Assembly: GCA_963843145.1 (NCBI GenBank)
Contig: CAWJJC010000015.1
Location: 18,082 to 82,081 of the forward strand
Length of the DNA: 64,000 nt
Direction: 5' to 3'
Origin: an uncultured delta proteobacterium
Lineage (GTDB): Bacteria; Desulfobacterota; RBG-13-43-22
Under the pieces are notes generated by a model. The model ran no database searches and was not told the origin of the DNA. It was given only the letters and a program-made list of their open reading frames with translations. Position numbers and translations under genes: made by a program. Positions 11,166 through 19,672 of the stretch are shown here, piece after piece. Position 1 is the first letter of the stretch, and each line of letters starts with the position of its first letter.

Positions 11166-12052
11166 TGGAAAAGATCGGTTTCATCGGCCTGGGGGTCATG
11201 GGAAAGCCCATGGCCCGAAACCTGCTTAAGGCGGGATACCTACTGGCCGTACACGACGTCATCCGTTCTCCGGTAGAGGAACTGGTAAAAGAAGGTGCTC
11301 GGGAGGCTTTTTCCCCCGGGGAGATCGCTCAGTGGGCGGATATCATGATTACCATGGTCCCGGACGGAGCGGCCTTGGAGGCTTTAACCTTCGGGGAGAA
11401 CGGAATCCTGGAAGGGATTCGCCCCGGGAGGATCCTGGTTGATATGAGTTCGGTTGAACCCCGGGTATCCAAAAAAGTGGCCCAAGCTTTGGCGTTGAAG
11501 GGCGCGGAGATGCTGGATGCCCCGGTTTCGGGCGGAGAACCCGGCGCCGTGGCCGGAACCCTTTCCATCATGGCCGGAGGGGAAAAAGATGTTTTCGAAC
11601 GGGTCCGTCCGGTTTTTGACGTCCTGGGAAACGGGGGGCTGTTGATCGGCCCGATCGGTTCCGGCAACGTGGCCAAGATGGCCAATCAGATCATGGTGGC
11701 CATCAACCTGATCGGCGTTGCCGAAGGGCTCGTCTTCGCCACCAAGGCCGGGGCTAATCCCCGGCTGGTCTTTGAGGCCGTAAAAGGTGGTCTGGCCGGG
11801 AGCAACTGCCTCAACGCCAAGGCTCCGCTCATCCTGGAGCGTAACTTCAAGCCCGGGGCCCGTCTGGAAATTCACATTAAGGACCTTCACAACGCCCTGA
11901 CCGCGGCCCATGAAGTGGGGGCGCCCCTCCCTTTTTCGGCCTTGGCCATGGAGGTCATGCAAGCCCTCAAAGCCTTGGGAGAGGGTCAGATCGATCACGG
12001 AGGAGTGATACGATACTTTGAGCGTCTGGCCGGTATCGAAGTGAAAGAATAG
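11165..12052 (+). CDS. garR: 2-hydroxy-3-oxopropionate reductase / beta-hydroxyacid dehydrogenase (GarR/GlxR-like)
   Basis: GFIGLGVMG, DAPVSGG, KMANQ, KDL motifs. Confidence 0.85.
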   Translation: MEKIGFIGLGVMGKPMARNLLKAGYLLAVHDVIRSPVEELVKEGAREAFSPGEIAQWADIMITMVPDGAALEALTFGENGILEGIRPGRILVDMSSVEPRVSKKVAQALALKGAEMLDAPVSGGEPGAVAGTLSIMAGGEKDVFERVRPVFDVLGNGGLLIGPIGSGNVAKMANQIMVAINLIGVAEGLVFATKAGANPRLVFEAVKGGLAGSNCLNAKAPLILERNFKPGARLEIHIKDLHNALTAAHEVGAPLPFSALAMEVMQALKALGEGQIDHGGVIRYFERLAGIEVKE

Positions 12053-12171
12053 GGTGGTCGTCCGCTGGGTGGATAGTCAATGCGGAAGAACTCGGTAACA
12101 CTTAGAGCATCATTAATAATTAACCATTGATTATTGATTATTAATATTATGTTAGACGGAGGAAGGATTGC

Positions 12172-12735
12172 ATGGCTGATTTGATTTCCCGGTCCCGGGA
12201 GGAGATTTTACGCGAAGTGGAAGAGAAGGCCTATGCTAATGAAAAGAATTTTCACGGGTGCAGCCAGTCCACTCTGGCCGCTCTGCAGGACGTTTTTGAC
12301 CGCCGAGATGATCCGGTGTTTCGGGCCGCCAGTGGCTTGGGCGGCGGTGTGGGCCTGACCGCTGAAACCTGCTGCGGCGGGTTAACGGGTGGCTGTATGT
12401 TTATCAGCCAGCTTTGCGGAAGAGAGCGGGAAGCGGACGGCAGCTTCGGAGACAAAGAAAACTTTCGCTTCCGGGCCTACAAATACTGCCAGCTTCTGGC
12501 CGAAAGGTTTTTTGAAGAATACGATGCCTGCAACTGCTTTGAGGTGCAGAAGGTAAAACTGGAAGGCCGCTCCTATGTTCTGGCCAAGCCCGATCAGTTC
12601 CAGGAGTTTATCGGTCGGGGAGGGCACAGCCACGTCTGTCCCGAAGTCATCGGGCGGTCGGCCCGCTGGGCGGCGGAAATCATACTGGATCATCTGGAAG
12701 ACTTCGGCCTGGCGGATAAGATCAAGTTGACCTGA
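12172..12735 (+). CDS. C_GCAxxG_C_C family putative redox-active protein
   Basis: GCSQS, GGGVG, TCCGGLTGG, C...C pattern. Confidence 0.85.
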   Translation: MADLISRSREEILREVEEKAYANEKNFHGCSQSTLAALQDVFDRRDDPVFRAASGLGGGVGLTAETCCGGLTGGCMFISQLCGREREADGSFGDKENFRFRAYKYCQLLAERFFEEYDACNCFEVQKVKLEGRSYVLAKPDQFQEFIGRGGHSHVCPEVIGRSARWAAEIILDHLEDFGLADKIKLT

Positions 12736-12763
12736 ACGAAGCCGGCAAAAAAAGGGGGTTCAT

Positions 12764-13048
12764 GTGTCCATTCTGGTAGCTTTTACGGCTAAACTCAAAG
12801 AAGGGGTGGAGGAACGGTATCTTGCCCTCTCCCAAGAGGTCCTGGAACAGGCCCTCAAACAACCCGGCCTGATTTTCCTGGACCGGGGAAGATCGGTGAT
12901 GCAGGAACGGGGCATTATCTCCGTTAGCGAATGGGCCTCCGAGGAGGCGCTTCAAGCCTGGAGGGACCATCCGCTGCACCGCCGGGCTCAGGAGCTGGCC
13001 AAAAAAAAGCTCTTTGAGTCCCATATCCTGAAAAAGGCCCAGCTCTAA
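12764..13048 (+). CDS. Antibiotic biosynthesis monooxygenase (ABM) family protein
   Basis: QPGLI, SEWASEEALQAWRDHPLHRRAQ. Confidence 0.8.
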   Translation: MSILVAFTAKLKEGVEERYLALSQEVLEQALKQPGLIFLDRGRSVMQERGIISVSEWASEEALQAWRDHPLHRRAQELAKKKLFESHILKKAQL

Positions 13049-13283
13049 TAAAATCAACCAAAAATTTATTAGTTTTTGGTTCAAATCCGAAATTCGAAAC
13101 ATTGTGCCCTAGGCAGACAGGTTTTCAGAAATCGGTATCTCCCGATTTCCGAAAAAACAAGGGTCCTCTGTGCTCTCTGTGTCTCGGCGGTGAAAAAGAT
13201 TTTCTGAAGGCTTAAATGCTGCGAATTTAGATATTCTCTTGTATAATGGTAGAGAAGGATTCTCAGAAGGAAAGGAGAACGCC

Positions 13284-14555
13284 ATGGCCCACTATTTAAA
13301 AAAAGCCCAGGAGCGTCCGGAGCAGGACCTGCGGGCCGTATCGGATTTGGTAAAGGAAGTATTGGATCGGGTCCGTCAGGAAGGGGAGGCGGCGGTGCGC
13401 TATTATTCGAAGAAGTTCGACGGGTGGGATCCGCCAAAATTCCGGGTTTCCAAAGCGGAAATTGAAAAGGCCGTCAAGAGCCTCTCTCCGTTGGAACGAG
13501 AGGATATCGATTTCTGCCAGGCCCAAATCCGAACTTTTGCCAAAAAGCAGCGACAAGTCATCCGGAGTTTTGAGGCCGAGACCTTGCCGGGCATCCATTT
13601 GGGGCAGAAGATCATACCGGTGGCGGCCAGCGGTTCTTATATCCCGGGAGGCCGCTATCCCATGCTGGCCTCGGCCCATATGACCGTCATCACCCCCAAA
13701 GTGGCCGGGGTGGAGCGGGTGGTGGCCTGCACGCCTCCCACCAAGGGTCTGGGGATCCATCCGGCCACCCTCTATTCCATGAAAGCCGGCGGGGCGGATG
13801 AGATCTTTTGCCTGGGCGGGGTTCAGGCCCTGGCCGCCATGGCCTATGGGATGGAAGGATTGGAGCCGGTGGACATGATTGTCGGCGCCGGTAATGTGTA
13901 TGTAGCCGAAGCCAAACGACAGCTCTTCGGCCGGGTGGGAATCGATCTCCTGGCCGGACCCACCGAAATTTTAGTCCTGATCGACGAGACGGCCGATCCG
14001 TACATCGTGGCCGCGGATATCCTGGGCCAGGCCGAGCACGACCCCAATGCCCGCCAGGCCCTGGTATCCCTTTCCAGGAGTGCGGCTGAGAAGGCTATGG
14101 CCGAGATTGAAGTCCAGTTGAAAACGCTGCCCACCAGGGAAATCGCCTCGGTCTCCTGGGGGAACAACGGGGAAGTGATAGTCGTCGATTCTCCGGAGGA
14201 GGCCGTGGCCGTATGCGACCAATGGGCGCCGGAACACCTGGAAGTCCAAACCGCCGATTGGCGCTATTATCTGGATCACCTCAAAAATTACGGCTCTATC
14301 TTTCTGGGTGAGGAAACGACGGTGGCCTACGGAGACAAATCGATCGGCACCAACCACGTCCTCCCCACCATGCGGGCCGCCCGCTATACCGGCGGCCTGT
14401 ACGTGGGGAAGTTCCTCAAGGTGGTCACCTACCAGTATGCCACCCGGCAGGCCTCCGCCAAATTGGGGGCCGTTTGCGAGCGGGCCTGCAACTATGAGAA
14501 CATGCTGGCCCACGGGATTTCCTGCCAGGTTCGAGTGGAGAAGTACGGCCGCTAA
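13284..14555 (+). CDS. Second HisD-like dehydrogenase (HpsN-like)
   Basis: MAHYLKKA start after AAAGGAG; YIPGGRYP, GIDLLAGPTE, AEHD, PEHL, GTNHVLPT. Confidence 0.9.
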   Translation: MAHYLKKAQERPEQDLRAVSDLVKEVLDRVRQEGEAAVRYYSKKFDGWDPPKFRVSKAEIEKAVKSLSPLEREDIDFCQAQIRTFAKKQRQVIRSFEAETLPGIHLGQKIIPVAASGSYIPGGRYPMLASAHMTVITPKVAGVERVVACTPPTKGLGIHPATLYSMKAGGADEIFCLGGVQALAAMAYGMEGLEPVDMIVGAGNVYVAEAKRQLFGRVGIDLLAGPTEILVLIDETADPYIVAADILGQAEHDPNARQALVSLSRSAAEKAMAEIEVQLKTLPTREIASVSWGNNGEVIVVDSPEEAVAVCDQWAPEHLEVQTADWRYYLDHLKNYGSIFLGEETTVAYGDKSIGTNHVLPTMRAARYTGGLYVGKFLKVVTYQYATRQASAKLGAVCERACNYENMLAHGISCQVRVEKYGR

Positions 14556-14608
14556 TACTTGGGCCGGATACCCGACTTAGGAAGGAAGCCCAATGAAAAG
14601 ATACCCGG

Positions 14609-14640
14609 CCCCACTTCTCAAACCAGAGGTGGGGTTTTTT
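14609..14640 (+). terminator. Rho-independent terminator
   Basis: ccccacttct-caaacc-agaggtgggg followed by a T run. Confidence 0.75.
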
Positions 14641-14668
14641 ATGCAGCCCCCAGGCGGAGATTTTAGGT

Positions 14669-16016
14669 ATGGATGACAACGGAAAGACCAATGAGCAACT
14701 GATCCAGGAGTTGGAGGATCTTCGCCGGAGGATTGCTGAACTCGAAATAGCAGATATCGAGCATCAGCGGGCGGAAGAAGTCATCCAAAAGAACTTAGGG
14801 TTCCGGCAAGTGTTGATGGATGCGATTCCCTCTCCCATCTTTTACAAGGATGCCGACGGCGTTTATCTTGGAGGCAATAAGGCCTTCGAGCGATATTTGG
14901 GGCTTTCGCTGCATCAAATCATGGGGAAGACCGTCTATGACATTTCACCTCCGGACTTGGCGGAGATCTACGATAGGGCCGACAAAGAGTTGCTGAATAA
15001 CCCCGGCGGCCAGATCTACGAAACTTCAGTCGCGTCATCCAGTGGAAAACGCCGCAATGTTATATTCAACAAGTCAACGTTCACCAATGCGGAAGGCCAA
15101 GTGGCCGGTCTGATCGGCGTGATCGTTGACATCACCGAGCGGAAGGAGGCCGAGGAGGCGCTGCAACAGGCACACGATGAACTGGAACAGCGGGTGGCGG
15201 CACGGACGGAAGAGTTGCGGAAGGCCAATGAGGAGTGTCATTTGGAAATCACCGAGCGCAAACGGACCGAAGAGGCGCTCCTGGAATCCGAAAACCGCCT
15301 TCGGTGGTTGAACGAACATATTCTGAACATGGTCATGGTCCTCTCTCATGACGTCAGGGGGCCGTTGACCTCCATCGTCTCCATCTTGAAACTCCTGTTT
15401 CGAGGCTCCTACGGAAAGCTGGATCAAAATCTGGCCAATACCGTCAAGGACCTCTTGGCCCGTTGCCTCCGCCTGCTCGGGACCGCGGAAGATTATTTGG
15501 GGAAAGCCTCCATCGTCGACGGCTCGGTGAAAATGAAAAGGGAAGTGCTGGACCTGCGAGAGGATATCATCGATACCGTGCTGGACGAGCTGGTTGACGA
15601 TATCACCAAGCATGAGATCGTGATCGACAATCGTTTAGGGACCATTCCCGCCGGATCCATTTCCATAAGCGCCAACAAAACCTGGCTCAAAGCCGTTTAT
15701 CGGAACCTGTTTACCAATGCCATCAAGTATGGCGGCCAGGGGTGCACCATCTCTTTTGGTTTCGAACCCGGTGAATCGCACTTCCGTTTGAACGTCTACA
15801 ACAGCGGAAACCCGATTCCGGAACCGGATCGGGGGAAGCTATTTGTTCGGTTTGGGCGAATCGAGAGCGAAGGGAAGACCCTCCCGGGATGGTGTCGGTC
15901 TCGGGTTGAGCCTCTGTCAGGAAATCATCCTCGACCACGGCGGAGAGATCTGGTACGAGGCCCTGCCCGACGGTTCGAACTTTGTATTTACCATCTCCAG
16001 GGAAGAGGGGGGTTAA
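14669..16016 (+). CDS. PAS-domain sensor histidine kinase, frameshift near 15890
   Basis: PAS, SHDVRGPL H-box, NLFTNAIKY N-box; G2 box DGVGLGLSLCQEII...NFVFTI is in a shifted frame ending at TAA 16016. Confidence 0.85.
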
Positions 16017-16176
16017 GAGACAATGTCGGCTCATTGTTCAACGGCTATGTGGATGAATCGATCAGTATGGCCTCCGACGAAGATGTGTTGTGGCTGTCCG
16101 CTGTCTTAAAGTAAAGAGGCCGGGTAAGATAGGGAGAACGCAAAACCGGTCACCTCAGGTGGCGATACTCGAATTT

Positions 16177-16995
16177 TTAGCGTTTGATTTCCTTGATGCG
16201 GGCGGCGCGGGTCTCCAGTAATTCGGCTTCCTCGGGGCGACCGGTTTTTCGGTAGATCGTTGCGAGATGGCTCAGGCTTTTGGCGACAGAGAGATGGTCG
16301 GGGCCGTAGGTTTTCTCATAGATGGCCAGCGAACGTTTATAGAGCGGCTCGGCCTGAGCATACCGGCCCTGGCTTTCGTAGAACCCGGCAAAATTATTTA
16401 AACTCTTGGCTAAATCAAGATGGTCGGGCCCGTAGGCTTTTTCAAAAATGGTCAGCGCGCGCTGGTAAAGTGGCTCGGCCTGAGCGTACTGGCCCTGGCT
16501 TTCGTAGAGTCTGGCGAGGTTATTCAGGATCGTGGCCGTAGCAGGATGATCGGGGCCTTGGACCTTTTCATAGATGGCCAACGAGCGCTGGTAAAGCGGG
16601 ACAGCCTGGGCATATTGGCTTTGGGCGCGGTACAGCATGGCCAGGTTGTTCAAGCTCATGGCGACAGAGAGATGGTTGGGACCGAGGGCTTTCTCATAGA
16701 TGGCCAGCGAGCGTTTATAGAGCGGCTCGGCCTGAGCGTACCGGCCTTGAGTGAAGTAGATTCTGGCCAGGTTATTCAGGCCCGTGGCGACGGCGGGATG
16801 GTCGGGGCCGACGGCCTTCTCCGCAACCTCGATCGCTTTCTTGGCTACGGTCACCGCTTGGTCGTACTGTCCTTTCTGGTAGAGAGACATCACCTTAGTA
16901 TTGAGGGATTCCCATTCGGTGCCTTGAGCATAGAGGGATGCTGCTCCAGCGAATAGTAGAAGAAGGCCCAGGGAGATGGTGATTGCTTTTTTCAC
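16177..16995 (-). CDS. Secreted TPR-repeat protein (kinesin light chain-type 42-aa repeats)
   Basis: Signal peptide; repeats of GPDHPAVATGLNNLA..Y..QGRYAQAEPLYKRSLAIYEK. Confidence 0.9.
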   Translation of the reverse strand: MKKAITISLGLLLLFAGAASLYAQGTEWESLNTKVMSLYQKGQYDQAVTVAKKAIEVAEKAVGPDHPAVATGLNNLARIYFTQGRYAQAEPLYKRSLAIYEKALGPNHLSVAMSLNNLAMLYRAQSQYAQAVPLYQRSLAIYEKVQGPDHPATATILNNLARLYESQGQYAQAEPLYQRALTIFEKAYGPDHLDLAKSLNNFAGFYESQGRYAQAEPLYKRSLAIYEKTYGPDHLSVAKSLSHLATIYRKTGRPEEAELLETRAARIKEIKR

Positions 16996-17117
16996 GGCCT
17001 ATCATTTCTATGAGATGGGAATTTATCGTCTGTTGCCATAAATACCTCGATGGATTTTACTTAAATAATATAGGCCTTTATGGAAAATTATGGAAGTGAA
17101 TACTTGAGTCAGTCCAA

Positions 17118-17207
17118 GGTAACGATCGGGTTATGCAGATTGCTAATAATTACGAAAGAGAGGTCTTTAACGGGGGCATTGGGCGGATAGTTTCCATTGA
17201 CGAAGAA
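17118..17207 (+). pseudogene. Small remnant of a RecD2-like helicase gene
   Basis: GNDRVMQIANNYEREVFNGGIGRIVSID resembles the RecD2 DRVMQxxNNY...VFNGDIG motif. Confidence 0.55.
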
Positions 17208-17343
17208 CCGCCATACCTGGTTGCGGGACAGGATGGCGGTCCAATAGCCAATCTTCGAAGCCATTTTATGGGAGCGTTTTTACAAAAGCTAATTAATCCA
17301 ATAGGTTGCTTAGTACTTCCTGAACAAGGACGCTATTCAATGG

Positions 17344-18833
17344 CTATCTGTGAATAATGGGCAGATAATTTTTTGGAGAATTAAACACGTAGGCCGCTCC
17401 GGCGGTAAGAGCCGAATTGTCCCCCTGATTGCCGTTCACCCCCGTGGCGTTGCTGGCTTCACTATAGGCCCCGACGACCACCGTGTCCCCGGATATTGCC
17501 ACTGAAGTCCCGAAGAGGTCCCCCGCGTTGGTATTGGAGGCCTTGAGGTAGGCCTGCTGGGCCCAGACCCCGCCGCTGCGGACAAACACGTAGGCCGCTC
17601 CGGCAAAATTGGCCGAATTGTCCCCCTGATTGCCGTTCACCCCCGTGGCGTTGCTGGCCTCACCAGAGGCCCCGACGACCACCGTGTCCCCGGATATCGC
17701 CACCGAAGTCCCGAATGAGTCACTGGCGCTCGGTATTGGAGGCCTTGAGGTAGGCCTGCTGGACCCAGACCCCGCCGCTGCGGACAAACACGTAGGCCGC
17801 TCCGGCAATAAGTGGCCGAATCGTCCCCTTGATTGCCGTTCACCCCGGTAGCGTTGCTGGCCTCACCAGAGGCCCCGACGACTACCGTGTCCCCGGATAT
17901 CGCCACCGAAGTCCCGAATGAGTCCCCGGCCCCGGTATTGGAGGCCTTGAGGTAGGCCTGCTGGATCAGCGGGTCAATAGTCAGGGGGTAGACGGCCTGT
18001 CGGTCGTCTACTACGATCTGTACTCGGCTCCCCGCCCCTTCCAGCCGGGCCGGTACCCGGAAACCCCCGGCATCCACCACGGTCAGTTCCCCGTAGGTCA
18101 GCCGCACCCGGCCGTCCCGGTCGTGGAAGCTGACCTGTCGCCCAAGAGGATCCGCCTCCGGATTAAGCCCCCCTTGCACCGCCAGGGCCAGGGCCAGGGG
18201 CTGCTCGGCTCCCAAACCCGCGGGCCGTTTCTTCACCGTAAATCCCTGTTCCAGTCCTCGTTCCCCATTTTCAACCCATTCAATCAGGGACCCGTCCCAG
18301 CGGTAATATACTCGGTTGTTCTCCGCCCAGACCTGTCGCGGCGGTCCGGTCAACTCGATCGCTCCATACCGGACCAGTCGCAGACCCCATTTCCAACTTC
18401 CCTCCGCGGGCTGTATTTGCATTCCCCCTTTGGCAAAGGTCGACTGTAATTGCTGGCCTGGATTAAAGGATTGATAGGTCCCGTCTGAGGCCGCTTGGAC
18501 CCGATGCCGGTGAAGATCCATTTCCTTCTTAATGGCCTGCCACTCTCCAGCCTCCAGACCGGAAGGGACTTCCTCCGGCCCAAGCAGGCGGCTCGATTTT
18601 CCGGATAGGGCGGCTTCATTCTTCTCTTGAGCTTTTAGCACTTCGTTTCGGATAACGGATGTGTTTATCTTGGAAAACGAAGTCTTGACGGGAGGAAGAA
18701 GGTTAGCCGGGAGAGGAGGGGTTTGGACCATGGCGCTGGTTGGTGCTATGCCGGCCGTCAGCGGTAAAACCAGCCAGGTAACAGTTACCAGCAGGAAAAA
18801 CCCGAATAGACCAAAAAGACGGATCGTTTTCAT
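17344..18833 (-). CDS. Secreted FG-GAP repeat protein, frameshifted near 17810/17730; tail NYLPIIHR
   Basis: Signal peptide, YPLTIDP, three QQAYLKASNT..D.FGTSVAISGDTVVVGA repeats split over two ORFs. Confidence 0.82.
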
Positions 18834-19212
18834 ATTGCCTCCTGAAGCTAAAGGGTTGGGTCCAATTTACAGGTCGGAGGGAACCAGGCGCTCTTAGGAA
18901 TTATCATTACCTAAAAAGATATCGCCTGGGGGACAAGAAATAAATAAGGTAAAACCCCTATTTTAAGGAGTAAATCATTGTATTTTGTGTCCTCTTATTA
19001 CCTCGGCAAATAATAATATCAACTCCGAATTAGGCAATGATTAGAGATAGGTTGTCCTGGCTTCTCCCCTGGGAAAATACAGTTTTTCCCTTAATAAAAT
19101 ACGTTATTTACCCCATATTAATCTTCAATTTATTACTGTTTACTATGACCATGAAGGAGTAAAATCCAATTTCCGGTCAACCTCCGAGCATGGTCGATTG
19201 TTGAGGAGGTAT

Positions 19213-19490
19213 ATGATCTTGCGCAGCTTATTGGTTCGTCTATTGCTTGTGTTTGGCTTGACGCAAGCCTTGTGGCTGATGTACTCGCCAATTTTACCTG
19301 TCCAGGCCGGCGGTTTGGTCACCAATTGTGCCGACGACGGCCAATTCAGCAGCCTGCTGGCCGGCGGCGGGAACATTACGTTCGACTGCGGCACGGCGCT
19401 GCCCGACCGGTGGGTCCGGCCTGCGATATCGGCGCCGTGGAATATAGGGCGTTCTTACCCTGGCTTTATCTGCCCTTAATCTCAAAATGA
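19213..19490 (+). pseudogene. Internally deleted parallel beta-helix/choice-of-anchor Q protein; tail LYLPLISK
   Basis: Signal peptide + AGGGNITFDCG (as in the 28400 protein) joined out of frame to RPVGPACDIGAVEY..LYLPLISK. Confidence 0.7.
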
Positions 19491-19672
19491 TAAAGCCAGG
19501 TTCGCTGGTCAGGGCAATAGGCGATTTAATCCAAAAAAGTCGGTCTCGATTTTTCTCATCCCGAATTTCCTTATTTTCATCCATACCATATGGTGTCTTT
19601 ATCCCGGGTGAAAAAAGTTTATTAGCAGAGGACTGATCCTATCATCAACAGATCTTGTTCTGAAAACGAAAA

